Shown here in pieces: positions 1 through 11,957 of a stretch of DNA of 64,000 nucleotides; within the stretch, counting starts at the first letter, position 1; the number at the start of each line of letters is the position of its first letter. Under the pieces are notes generated by a model. It worked only from the letters and a program-made list of their open reading frames with translations. It was not told the DNA's origin and did no database searches. Source of the stretch: Vitrella brassicaformis CCMP3155 (taxonomy: Eukaryota > Protista > Chromerida); contig CDMY01000204.1 of assembly GCA_001179505.1 (NCBI GenBank), positions 103,761-167,760 of the forward strand, written 5' to 3'. Position numbers and translations under genes: made by a program.

Positions 1-518
1 AGGTGTGCTCCCATGGATTCACAGTGGTTCCTGGCCGAGTACCAGTCCATGAGGCGAAAGACACGTAGATAACAACGCCCGCTGGCGAAAATCCATCCGC
101 CCCCCCCGCACTCGCCACTCCCACCACGAGGGGGAACCGCGGGTGCTGCTTGATGTCCAGGAGGGGCAGGTGCTGGTGCTGGTGCTTGTTCTGGTAGTGG
201 TGGTGGGGGTGCCCAGTGTGGTGGCGGAGGCGCAGGGGCGGGTGCCGCCGGCGGCCCTGATTTCATCCACCCACAAACATCGCAGACACATCAGCATGAG
301 GCAGGCCGATGATAAAAGGACGAATCAACTCGAGCAAATGAGAGTCGAGCTCTGCTGGGCTGCCTGCCTGCCTGTACTGTTGGTTGTTGTCTGCCCTATA
401 TGACGTGGATAGTCTCATGTATGTCCGTGTGCCTACCTTGGGCAAGTAGCGGCATCCAGCATATGAGGAGCACGCCCACCAGCGCAGGGATCAGTCCATT
501 GACTCTCCCGCAGGCCAT
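1..518 (-). CDS. Secreted C-type lectin domain protein, 5' part (continues beyond window start)
   Basis: Manual splicing: exon 518-437 encodes the signal peptide MACGRVNGLIPALVGVLLICWMPLLAQ, followed by a GT-AG intron. Exon 256-1 reads a Pro/Ala-rich linker, then ECGGGGWIFASGRCYLRVFRLMDWYSARNHCESMGAHL, the C-W-CY-W-A-C-GAHL start of a CTL domain. This frame is not in the ORF track. Confidence 0.8.
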
Positions 519-666
519 CGTCACCCACACGACTCTCGTGGAAAACTACCCTTCGTACATGGTGGTAAATTCGACGAGCCGTTTGACCAACCGCCGTTGC
601 TACGTTGTACCAACAGGCGCTCCAGAATCGCCCTTTTTCGCGTCCTTCGTGCGTCGTGTAGAGTAG

Positions 667-2187
667 ATGATGGCCGTCTGTGTGTTTCGTTCCGCGTGGG
701 GTAGCCTCCTCCTCACCCTTGTGCTCCTCGCCTCCCAGGGACACGCCGAAAGTAAGTCGTCAACACCTGGCACGCCGCGCGCCGCTGAAAGACGCTCACG
801 TCGCTGAGACACCGTCATCCAGCGTTGTTTTGTGTGCGTCCCTGTGTGCGTCTCACGTGCAGGTGCCGTGTCGTCAACTGCCCTCCGGCGTGTGAGACGT
901 GAGGCTGAGCTCGCCCCCTCCCCCGGCCTCACGTCTGCCAATGTGACCGTCCCGGGGCGGCGACTGGGCATGTGGTGGATGGATCCCATGGCGGTGGAGA
1001 AGGATGGCACGGCAGGGTGTGAGGCCGAGTGGACTGCCCTGGGCGGCAAGTGCTACCGCGTCAACCTCGATAAGATCACCTGGGAGGAGCATCGCCGGGA
1101 GTGCCAGGCACACGGGGGAGACCTCGCAATGCCCAAACGAGGCCACGTGAGTGAGTCAAGGAAGGAGAGGAAAGGGGCAAGGGCCGGCTGGGGTGGTTGG
1201 TGGGGTCGGCCACTGATGTGTTGCCTGTGGTGTCTTGTTGTCTTGTATTGTGCTGTGATGTGCTGTGATGCGGCTGGTGGATGTAGGCGGATCTGGCGGT
1301 GTACCAGCGACTGGTGCTCAACATCCCTTCATACGAGGAGGAAGATCCCCGCCACGACCCGTCCGACCAAGTCTTCTGCGTCGGCGTCCGGATGAAACCG
1401 GTACGTCCGTGCGACCCTCAGCCTGACATGTCACACCTCCCACAGCCAGCCAGCCAGCCATATATCCATTCGTCATCCAGTCACCGATCCCTTTCTGTCT
1501 GTTTGTGTATGGGTGTGCACGGCATGGGGCCCCCCCATTGCTGATTGGTGTTCTTTTGGCAGGACCGCGTAGAGGGCTGTCCCGATCTTGACTGCGGCAA
1601 TGAGAACTTCACAAATCCTGGCAATGATAGCCGAAAGCTGGACTCATGGGAGTTTGCCGACGGCAGTGGCGAGGCGCCCTATCTCTTCGGGCTTACCTGG
1701 TGGTACAACCACTGGGTGCGGCAGCCAGGTCAGAACCCATCCACGAAATAAGCTCATACGATCCCTCGCTGGCTGGTTGACAACCTGTTTTCCCAGACAA
1801 TTACTTCCCTGGCCAGCGGTGCTCCAAGTACGCCGCCTATAAGCTTCCCCTGAGCCACGGCCTACTCCCGGACAAGGGCGTCCTCATGGACACCGAATGC
1901 AATCAGTGGGGATTCAGAGGCATCTGCGAGAAGGAACCAGGTACGTACAGTGCGCAGGAAGCAACAGGGGGCTGACACGCACGCACAGCAAACAGCTCTA
2001 TGGGTTTACGACCCCGGTCTCTTGTTCTCCTTCTGCTGTGCTGCCATGCTGGAACATGACTGCAGAGGGCTCCGTTGGTGACGGTAATGGTGGCGGGAGC
2101 GGCGGGGAGTCGGAGGATCAGTGGAGGGACGACACCAAGGCGGTACCTGCACCCCCACCCCCACCCCCGGACACCAACTGGTGGTGA
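667..2187 (+). CDS. Secreted C-type lectin domain protein (about 6 exons)
   Basis: Signal peptide MMAVCVFRSAWGSLLLTLVLLASQGHAE ends at a GTAAGT donor. Then RRVRR, CEAEWTALGGKCYRVNLDKITWEEHRRECQAHGGDLAMP, FCVGVR, WEFADGS, NHWVRQPGQ and LMDTECNQWGFRGICEK (CTL consensus), with a Pro-rich tail ending DTNWW*. Confidence 0.85.
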
Positions 2188-3665
2188 GAGCCCGGCCCAT
2201 CTGGATGGATGGCCTGCCTACATACCTCACCCACCGACCAGCACATGAGCTAGCCCAAGCTAAAGTCTGCTTGCGGCCGCTACAATGCATGCAGACATGG
2301 GCTAGCCAGAGCAACGTACGTATTACTAGGGACCGGGGCCTTCTATTCGGTCAGGTTTGTTTTTCTTTTCCCTTTCCCGAATCATGTGTGCAAGTCTTTA
2401 GCTCGTGATGCATACATACGATGATAAATAGCATAGGTACGTACGGACATGGGATGCATAGTGGGCCCGGTCATCGCCTTCTGCTGTACACAAGCGCACT
2501 CACCGCCAAGTTTTCCTCAATTAATGGATAGATGGATGGACTGTCCGGGGGCCATCTGGTCTGTTCGGGCTGCTTTTTCCTCTCCCCTGAAGGAGGGAGG
2601 GGGCTGCACGTAAGCTTCGGCGCTTTGTTCTTGCGTGTGTGTAGAAGTGTTATCTTTTTGCTTTGTGTATGTAAGTACGTGTCCCACCACACACAATGGG
2701 TGAAGAGGGGAGGTCACTGTCTGCCTCTATCTCTTTGGGCATTCGTTGATTTTTTTCTTCATCAGCCCGGTCGACGACACACAACGGCCATCAGTCTGTC
2801 AGCACACCGACTGTGCGGCTCCCTCCTCTCCTTTTCTTGCTGGTGTGTGTGGCCAAGTGAGACACCGAGCGGCCGGGCGATTGGGATCGTAGCGATGCGC
2901 ACGTGTGTGTGACGTACGTGCGTTGATTGTGATAGAAAGGCAGGGCCGGCAGTGTTTTGCCGGCCAGCCCCCCTCAGGTGAAATAATCTCAGTTGGTGTG
3001 GTACTCGTGAGTGCGGGAGCGATTCGCATTAGTGTCGGCCTGTCTGACTGAGTGCATCGCAGCGACGCCCTCGACAGACGAAGGGAATTTTGGTGACCTC
3101 ATCCATGCGTGTGCGTGTGTGTGTGTGTCTGCTCACTGCAGTGCCCTGTGTGTGTGGTGTGCATACTCAGTGAGAGAGACACGGGGGGGCGGGGCGACGG
3201 CTAAATGAACGTCATCGACTGGCGAGTGATGCGCTAGTCCGTCAGAAACGATATGGCCGCATATGAAATGAATGGCACACGGCCTCTGGCTGACACACAA
3301 TCGACTACATCGGGTCTAAGCCTAAAGGCGAACACTCCACACACAAACCGCTCCCTATTTACCATTCTACAAAACAACTAAATGGCCTAATGCACCCCTC
3401 CCTCCTTCTAGACGGAGCCTGTGGCTTTGTGAGGGCGATGATGCGATCCTTGTGTTCATCAGAGCTGCGAAAGCCAATGATAGTCCGCTACTTTGATGAG
3501 GGAGCCAATGCATATTATGTCCCAGCTCGACAGAAAAGGTATCGCAAGTCACAATGCACTTGCAAGAACTACAGGGCCTCGACAAATGGCGACAAAAAGC
3601 CTGCACTAACAGGTGCACTCGTCGCCTCACGAACTCAGTAATCTCGGATGGTCCTTGTCAGGTCG

Positions 3666-5726
3666 TTACGCGTTCGTCCTCAGTAGGCCGGTCCTCTGTT
3701 TCTTCTGTTTCGGCCGCTGTTTGGCAATCCAGAAGGCATTCCGTCTCCGAATCTCAGAGAAAGGCACGAGGGTCTGCGACAGGAGGGTCTGAGACAGGGA
3801 ACACGGGCGGGATGAAGCATTCACGACTGTCGTTTGCTCGAGCATGAACGGCGTCCGTACTTGCAGTGGCGGGTCGACGGGCAGGGCCAGTGATGATAGC
3901 ACGCCCCTGCCCAGCTGCTCAAGACCATACATAAACCCGTTCAGCAGTCCAGGAGGCGGCAACAGCAGCAGGTCCAGAAGAGCCTGCGCACGACAGAAGC
4001 CCACTCACTATAGACGAAATGGCTCGAGCGCCTCCTTCCTACCCGTCCTTCTTTTGTTTGCCGTTCTGAGTAGAGCTCTGCAGCCTTCCGCAGATTACCG
4101 TCGCACTGACTGACCGCCTGGTCAAATGCAGCGGCGTCGCTGAATGCACTATTTGCACCTATTGCAAAAAAGGCACATAGATTCTGTGGCCCTGTCGCCC
4201 CGATACCCTTCCTGCACGCATCACCTTGGCCCAACCGCCCGCCAGTGGAGTGTGCGGCATCACCCATGATAATCACCCGACCCTCCCCGTTGTCCCAGTA
4301 CGAATCGCACCTCACGATCCCTGAAATGAGCCGCTCCTGGTTGAGGAATTGCTCACAGGCCGATAAAGGCGCTTTCCCGAACTGTGGAAAAGCGTCAGCG
4401 ATTATTCGCTGCACTTCTTGTGGTGATGTTGCATTGGCGAGGGCAGGTGGCCGTTCTTCGCTCCAACTGACCAGTGTGCTGCAAGCACACAAGTACAGTA
4501 CAGTGCAGAAGATGCAGGAGCAAACTTCGTGAAAGGTAAAGCTTACCAGCATGTGTTGTGAGGGCCTGGAATAATGAACAAGCCGAATCCGGCGCTGAAA
4601 GAAGCCATGGCGTGGATGGCACTCGGTTCGAGAGCTGCAGGCAATTGTGACGCGAATCAAAGTATATCAAGAGAACACTGTATACTCTGGTTGTGTCGGC
4701 TGTTTAAACCTGCTGGCCATGGCACGTGCATCACTCTTCCCTCCCCACCTGCATTCCAGAGACACAAACAATATATGCACGTGCAACAGATGGCTCTACC
4801 CCATACCCAGTATCTCGACATCTTCCTTCATATGCTGTGGCCAGGCCTCCACCAGCGACGCACGCACAGCGCTTCGGACTCCATCGCACCCTGTGAGACA
4901 CGACATCCACACGGATGCTGCTGTTAGCTGGCTCACGAGCGACAGCACGATTGCCACCCGCGAGGAAGTCATACGGGACCGTCGAGTGTTCCTCCCCGTC
5001 TGAACCGCGTAGTATCACCCTCCGGTTGGCCAAATCGACCTTGTCGATTCTCTTGGCAAACATCAACTTAAGGCGTCCATCGGCCACGAATTTCTGCAGT
5101 GTATCGAGGAGAGCACTGCAGAGTAATCCCCTGCTAATAAGCAAGGATGGGGGTGCGCCGCTGCGCTTCTGCCGAATGTTGAGCTTGATCCTCGTGCCGA
5201 GATGGACGAAGAACCGATCGGACTCGACTCCTTGGTCCTTAATTGCGTCCCAAACTGATCCATTATTGGGTCCACTTAGCGTCGTACGAGCCCTAATGTT
5301 CAGACCCAAGGAGTACTGCCTGGGACCTGAAAAGAGATGACAGGCACCTTTCACATGAGTAGCTGCTGCGCTGCCACATACCGAGGGGCTCTCCTCGTGG
5401 ATCGCCCCGGCTCTCGATGACCTAAACATGACAATCAGAAGGTACACGTATAAAGCCATCGGGAACATACCGTGATGTTGAATCCTCTTCGAACAAGAAA
5501 ATGAGCTAGCGCTAATCCGCATGGGCCACCTCCCGCAATGACGATTCTGAAGAAGAATAACGTCAAATCGAATCGATTGTGTGCGTCATATATATTGTCA
5601 TTCTGACCGGCTGCGTAGTGATGATGACGCGGGGGAGGGAGAGGTACTGAAGGCACGGACGTCGGCGTGATAAATAGTCAATGACGTGAGGATGACAAAC
5701 GGGACGACAAGGGAAGATTCTAACAT
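3666..5726 (-). CDS. FAD-dependent monooxygenase (kynurenine 3-monooxygenase / UbiH-like family), multi-exon
   Basis: Rossmann motif IVIAGGGPCGLALAHFL, YSLGLNIRA, ISRGLLCSALL, YDFLAG, and the GD motif IIMGDAAHSTGGRLGQG then ANSAFSDA. First exon MLESSLVVPFVILTSLTIYHADVRAF is tentative; its splice phase was not resolved. Confidence 0.8.
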
Positions 5727-6095
5727 ATATCGTCCCTCGTGTGGTTAGACCATCCGATGTGATTCGAGAGCAATTGGATGAACGAACGTCCGGTGAAGGT
5801 CCGTCGTGGAGCTATTTGTCGTGGAGTGCCGCTCCTGTAGTCAGGTCAACCGGCGGGCGGTGTGGCATTCGGCAAGAGGGAACTCCTGAACACAAGCAAT
5901 GTACGTACGTATGCATGGCAGCCACCCGTCATTGTTCTTTGCTTACCATCACCGACTGGGGGAGGCCGCTCACAACCGTGTCCTTTTTGGTTGACTTACC
6001 CTAACTCCGACCGTTATGTTTGTATACGTATTTTGGGCGTGGAGGAGGACGGCCTCGCGGACTTTTGCCAGAAGGGCGCACGGACTCTTGCCGTC

Positions 6096-8807
6096 ATGTT
6101 CACTTTGCTCTGTATCATCTTGGTCATTTTCTGGGCCACTCCCCATTGTGATGCGCAGGGCTTCGACACCACGCTCTCTCCGTCCTGGGCCACGTCAGAA
6201 CAGGAAACGCCCCTTCGAGTGAGGCTGTTTGTCGATCCTGAGAACAAGCTCAAGTATGAGGTGTATTCTGGGCCTCACAAGATTGTGGCCCCGTCGGCTC
6301 TCGGGCTCATTCTGGATCACTACGGCCAAGAGGTCCACCTCGGTGACAATGTGCAAGTGGAGGTATTATCGCCGCCCAGGGAAGCCTCTCAGACATATTC
6401 CACCATGGGAGGTCATGCCACTGCAAACAGCCAATACGGTGAGCTCTATTCGTCTGGACAAAGTCTGGACTTCACCTGTGTGTGTCTTCTTTGGTTCTGT
6501 TTTCAGTGGAAGCATCATACAGCGTTCGTCACGTTCCCACTGGTTTGACGTACTCTGTTGACTTTCGCGTATCAGCAGCAGGTTCTCCTGGCGTGGCATT
6601 TCTTTACGCTTTTCGCGATGACGCCACTGTAGACAAAATTCGAATCAAGGACGACGGCTCTGAATTCGTCATGGAATTCGGCGACACGGACAATGCATGG
6701 ATTGTGGAGAGGCGTGACGGCCTCTTTTCCTACATCGGCCAGTACATGAGTGTACCGGCAGCTTCGCTGTGGTCTCGGAGCTCACAGGGCGGCACAATAG
6801 ACCGTTACAACACACCCGTGACGATTGAGGATTCTAGCAGGAGCAGCCCATTCCCCTATATTGTGATCAATGAGGCTAGTCTCTTCGGTTTTGAGGGCTT
6901 TCATCTGGTGGCGTTGCCTGGAGGCGTCGGTTTCAAAAGCGAGCTCGCGAGGGGGCTAGAGTATGCACGTCAGGAGCAGAACTTATGGGGGCCGCTGGAG
7001 TTGGAGCTTCCCGTGAAGACGTCTTGGCGAGTGATTCAACTGGCTGCAAATCTGGACCAGCTGGCCAATCACAGTAATAATTATGACAGCCTCACCTCAG
7101 CCTGTCACAAGTGCGTCAATTTGGATAATTACCTTAGACCTCGTCAGTGACCTGAATCCTTCGCCGGATGAGCGCAACCCGGGACTCTTCACTGAGACAT
7201 CCTACATCAAACCAGGCAGGTCGGCTCGCCACAGCGGGCGCGGAATGTGTCGATTTCCTCTGTGATTGTAGGTCGGTGTGGACGTGCCTCGCGTCTCCTA
7301 CCTGTGGCCACCCTCTACTCTATGAGCAGGTGGACAGAAATAGACATCACGCTCTTTTGCTTAGTGAGTGGGTGCTGTGCCGCACCTTCTGGATTGCGCA
7401 GGAATGGGATCAAGTGACGGGAGCGGCAGCGCTAGCCCTGGAGTACTCGACGGTCGATATCGGTAGGGATGGGGGGACGCTGGAACGGATTCGGTGGCCG
7501 TGTGCAGTTCCAATGCGGTTTGTCAGGTTGGGAGGACTGGCCTGGCCCCTGGGAGAGTGTTAAGAAGCTCACAGCATATGGAGATTCGAAGGGAGTGGGC
7601 ATCTTTCTGTGGAAGCACCGTGAACAAGTGGACGATCCTGCCGACAATTACAAAGCCCTTCGTGACTTCCTTGATTTGGTTAAAGACGCTGGTGCTGTGG
7701 GTAAGACTGAGATAGACGAATACTCTTTCTTCACGGTCTTCGTCCTGTGCAGGAGTTAAGTTTGATTTCTTTGACGCGGCCAGCTTCAACACCATTTTGC
7801 TGCAAGAGACCATCCTACGTGAAGCTGCCAAAAGAAAGCTCCTCCTCAACTTTCATGGGATACAGGTGTTTGAGCGAGTCAGTTCAACTGTGGCCGCATT
7901 AACCTCTTTGCCCTGTGTTTCTGCTGTGTGTTGCAGAAGGCTACCGGAGAGTCACGTACGTACCCAAACCTTATAACGCAGGAGGCGATATGGGGCCTGG
8001 AGGTGGGCACAGTCGATTGCTGGCATGCAGAGCACACACGTTTTTTTTCGCACGCCTTCTGTTCAGATCAACCACAACCCAGCAATCTTGGACAAGGTAA
8101 AATGAGCATCATGTGTTTGAGCGCACAAGATGTTGCTGAGAAGATGCTCGACAGGCATAGAAACTCACTTTGTTCTGTCTTTCCATTCTGCTCGGCAAGA
8201 TTCCGCCCTCCCACAACGCTGCTCTTACCTTCACAAGGTATCATTCCCCTATCTGTATCTTTCCCTGGTCCCCGTCATTGCGTACAGGTTTCCAACGGGC
8301 GCTGCGGACTATACGCCACTGTCATTGGGTCACATAAGACAAGGGACAACTCAGGTGCACCAGGTGGCCCTCCTCGTGACATTTAACTCGCCAATACAGA
8401 CTTTTGCGGAGGCGCCCCGAGTGATTCTCGAGCAGAAGTTTACTGACATCATTACCGACATTCCCACGACATGGGATGTCACGAGGGTCCTCCCTCCCTC
8501 AAAAATAGGAGACATGACTGTGCTGGCGAGGAAGAAGGGCGACGATTGGTGGCTTGGCGTGGTCAGCGGTACAGTCGACACACGGGTTGTCTCGTCCATT
8601 CCACTCGATTTTCTCGATCCGTCCAAGACCTACTTGGCCTCGCGTCTGTACACATTGCACTTGAGCAGCGACGGCAAAGATGAGCAAGTCGGTGTCGAGA
8701 GGGACCGGAGGATGGGTCCGAGCGAGAGGACACTGACGGACATTTTGCTGTGGGGCGAGGGCCACAAAGGAGATGGGCTGGTCGTCAGCTTCCGTCTCGA
8801 GCAATAA
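6096..8807 (+). CDS. Glycoside hydrolase family 97 (SusB-like alpha-glucosidase/galactosidase), secreted, multi-exon
   Basis: Signal peptide MFTLLCIILVIFWATPHCDA. GH97 motifs: LPVKTSWRVI, YIKPG, SKGVGIFLW, VKFDFFD, AAKRKLLLNFHG, RTYPNLITQEAIWGLE, LPFTR, GAADYTP, HQVALLVTFNSPIQ, IPTTWDVT, IGDMTVLARKKGDDWWLG. Confidence 0.92.
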
Positions 8808-9849
8808 CCAAATGCGAGACCTTTCTGAATGACCTAGGCTAAGACTGTCGCGGCCTGCCATAACTGTGTGCGTGTGTGTGTAGTCTTCTCTTTTGTGAAT
8901 GCTTCCTACAAAGAACAAAACAAACTGACAGACGCTGCGTCCGTGTGGATATCGAATAAGCGGTCCATATGTGTCCCGTGGCCTGTGCACATACAGGAAT
9001 TCTCGAAGTGACGAATGAGCCAGTTTTTCGGCTGATTGTCTGACTGACTGACCGACTGACTGACTGACTGACTGGCTGTCGGTGTCTGTCGCTGGGTGAC
9101 ACAGTGTGTGTTGCTCGTGCCTGAAGTTCTTGTGTTTGGTTTGATGCCGATGATTCGGCGGGTCACGGTGAATTCTCTCTGATACGTCGCTTGTCTGAGT
9201 GTGTGGATGCCCTCGTTGAGAACTCATACGCTGAGAAGACGGTGGTTAAGCTTTATGCTCACCTGAGTCATTCGACGCGCTTGAGGGATGATGTCTCACT
9301 TCGTTAACGCTGGAATTTCTCGTTCATTCAATGAGAGCTGCGTGGTGGCTGGGGAGTCATACACATGCTTGTCTGAGTCCATTGTACACAATGAAAGGCC
9401 TGGAAAGTTTCACGCCTGACGTTTATTCATTCAATCTCGAGTCCTCGCGCTTGACTCATTGATACGCATTCCATCCCGGGCCTTTGATCGACAAGAGGCA
9501 ATCCATGGTTGGAAGTCAGGGGTTGTGGATGGTGCTCTCCATATGGTGCTCTCCATATGCATATGTTGGATAGCCAACTGCAAGACTCAGTGGGTTCTGC
9601 CCTCCGCAGTTGACTCAACCACTGGCTAGTCGGTGCTCGGCTCGGCCCTTCGGGCCTCGCCTTCGCACCACCGCCGATTTTGTGTCCTTCAATTCGTTTC
9701 GGCATGCGAGTCATCGGTTTATTCACCCTAGAGCTCTTGCCTGGCAATTCAGAAGGAATGTCTGCTCTAACGCGTACCATCCCCAACGGTCGTCGCCTCC
9801 GAGAGGTGGACCGTGCGTCCCTTTCCGTTGCGTGCTCCGCCAAAGCGAT

Positions 9850-10829
9850 ATGCGTGCCCTCATTTCGCTCGTCGCTCTTTTCCTCGTATGTGCCACGTGT
9901 GCGGATGCAGCTCCACTCAGCAGCTTCACTGTGTACAGCAGGGAATGGGCCGAAAACACTTGCTCTCTCTCTCCCGACCCATATATAGGGGTTGCCGACG
10001 TTGCCACTGGAGAAAAGCAAGAGAATAGAGGGACAATCGGTTGCAGTGCTGCGCAAAGCATCCGCAGTGTCTATACCACCGGCATCTTTGCGACGGATTG
10101 GGAGAGCCTATCTGACGAGCAATTTAAGACCAACATGAAGGTGAGAGAGTGAAGAACAAAGACGTGAGACACTCCTGTGTCCTGCCCACCTCGCTGCCTG
10201 CTGCAGGATGTGACTCGTGAGTTCAAGGAAGACGCATACTCCAAGGTGAGCTGCTTCGCTTCGTCATGAAGCTGTCTACGGACGTCATGGTGCTCCTCTT
10301 GTTGTTTAGTTCGCCACACTGCGTCTTAAAGAATTTCAGTGGAACCGAATGGGTTCCACTGAAGACAAGAAGGACCGAATGCACATCGGTAAGTTGACGC
10401 ATGGGTCGAGCAAAAGGAAACCTGTCCTTGCCCGTGGGTGCCGTGCGGTGCGCGCAGGTGTCTCTGCCCAAGACATCATGAGAGTGCTTCCAGGCAAGGG
10501 GACGAGCGGACACGCACTCTTCTTGCGGACGCGTGATGAGTCTGTGTCTGTGCATTCTCCCAGATGCGGTCAATGTGTATATGGAGCCCACGGGAGGGGG
10601 CGCAAACTCGAACATGACCGAGGTCCATTACATCGACATGAACTATATGAACTATCTTCAGATGTCCGTAGTCCAGCAACTGCAGAAGCGTACTGAGGTG
10701 GTCCAGCAGCTGGAGGAACGTGTCGAGGCACTCGAGAATCAGCTGGCCGACATCCAGGCGGAACAGGAGAACGGCTTCATGACCATGCTCGAGCAGGCCC
10801 TCAAGGACTTTAGAGGCGGCCGCGACTGA
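9850..10829 (+). CDS. Small secreted protein with peptidase S74 / intramolecular chaperone (ICA) domain and coiled coil, copy 1
   Basis: Spliced product: signal peptide MRALISLVALFLVCATCADA, about 67 aa passenger, SDEQFKTNMK (Ser at 10111), LRLKEFQWN, HIG|VSAQDIMRVLP|DAV, YIDMNYMNYLQMSVVQQLQKR, then a coiled coil. Matches the SDxxxK ... L.PV.F.W ... GxxAQEV..P..V ... DY..L pattern of S74. Confidence 0.8.
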
Positions 10830-11804
10830 GGACTGGCCTTGCTGACTTGGCTGGCTCATACATATGAAAGGTGTGCATCGTGCTCTACGCTGTTTGTTGT
10901 TGGAGTGTGTGTGTGCGTGACTCTTTTTCGTCTGCTTCCGTCCTATTCGTTTTTGCAAATGCAACGGAAGGCGACCGCCCTGCTCCCGTGTGCAGAGCGG
11001 GCGTGCATTACACGCAAAACACCCTTGTGTGAACGTGTGTATGCGCGTCCCATCTGCACTGTCTATCGGTGTTTATGTGTTGCACTTGCTCTCTGGTTGT
11101 GTATCTGCATGTGTGTCCGCATGGATGTGATCGTTCATCTCGCTCGGTAGCCAGTGGTGCTTGCAGGCAATGACCTTGCGAGCTGCACATCTGGAATTGC
11201 TTGCACACACACATCTCCCTCAAGAGAGTTCATGTGGTGGCTGAGTACATGTGCATGTTTCTGTCTGCACAAAGGTCATTTGCCCTTTTACGTCTCACCC
11301 CATCTGTCCTCTTGTCACTCGCAGGTAAGTGGCTGTCACGTGATGCGTGCTCGCGTGTGCATGTCGATAGATGAGCATACAGGTGATTTGTCCTTCTGAA
11401 CTTGGCGCCTGGTGTGTATGGGTGTCTGTGTGACCTGCCGTCTCGGGCGGGTACACAAGAGCGGGCACATCACGTGCGCAGACACCACCCCCAAGTCATT
11501 TTCACTCCCACACGCCCTTTTGTAATTCGGTGTAATTCTTTGGACAACAAATGTGGACGAATTTTCATTTTGATTTAGACATTGATTCTGTCGGTGCCTC
11601 TCCTGACGGGCCAGCTAAATCCTTCCCAGAACTTTTCTGTCGCCGCGCAGCCTAAACCATCACCGCCTGGCAAACGCTTCTCAACACATGTGCAGTCCGG
11701 CTGGACCAGGGGCACATCGAGCGTGGCCGTGGGTTGGCTGAACATTGTTGCTGCTTCGATACTGTAATGACGGACGTCCTCTGACCGGTAGTGAGCATAC
11801 GTAT
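10740..11804 (+). repeat. Near-identical duplicated segment A (last codons of S74 gene 1 plus about 1 kb downstream)
   Basis: From CAGCTGGCCGACATCC to GTGAGCATACGTAT it aligns by eye with 12920-13973, with only scattered SNPs and small indels. Confidence 0.95.
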
Positions 11805-11957
11805 GTCTCGGCAATTTACCACAACGGTCGTCGAGAAATCTCACACAGCGTGCACTTCCGTTGTGGCACGTACAGTACGGCTCACTGTACCTTTGCAACA
11901 GCATTCCTCGTTCACCCGTCCGTCCTTCCCGCCCTTTTCTCTGCAGCTGCCGTCACG

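Noticed and set aside
2400-3660. Short ORFs between the lectin and the monooxygenase
   Set aside because: No motifs or convincing splice structure; rich in GT/CA microsatellites.
6096-8807. Bacterial contamination as the source of GH97 (also the ASST and S74 genes)
   Set aside because: All are interrupted by GT-AG introns and contiguous with eukaryotic housekeeping genes.
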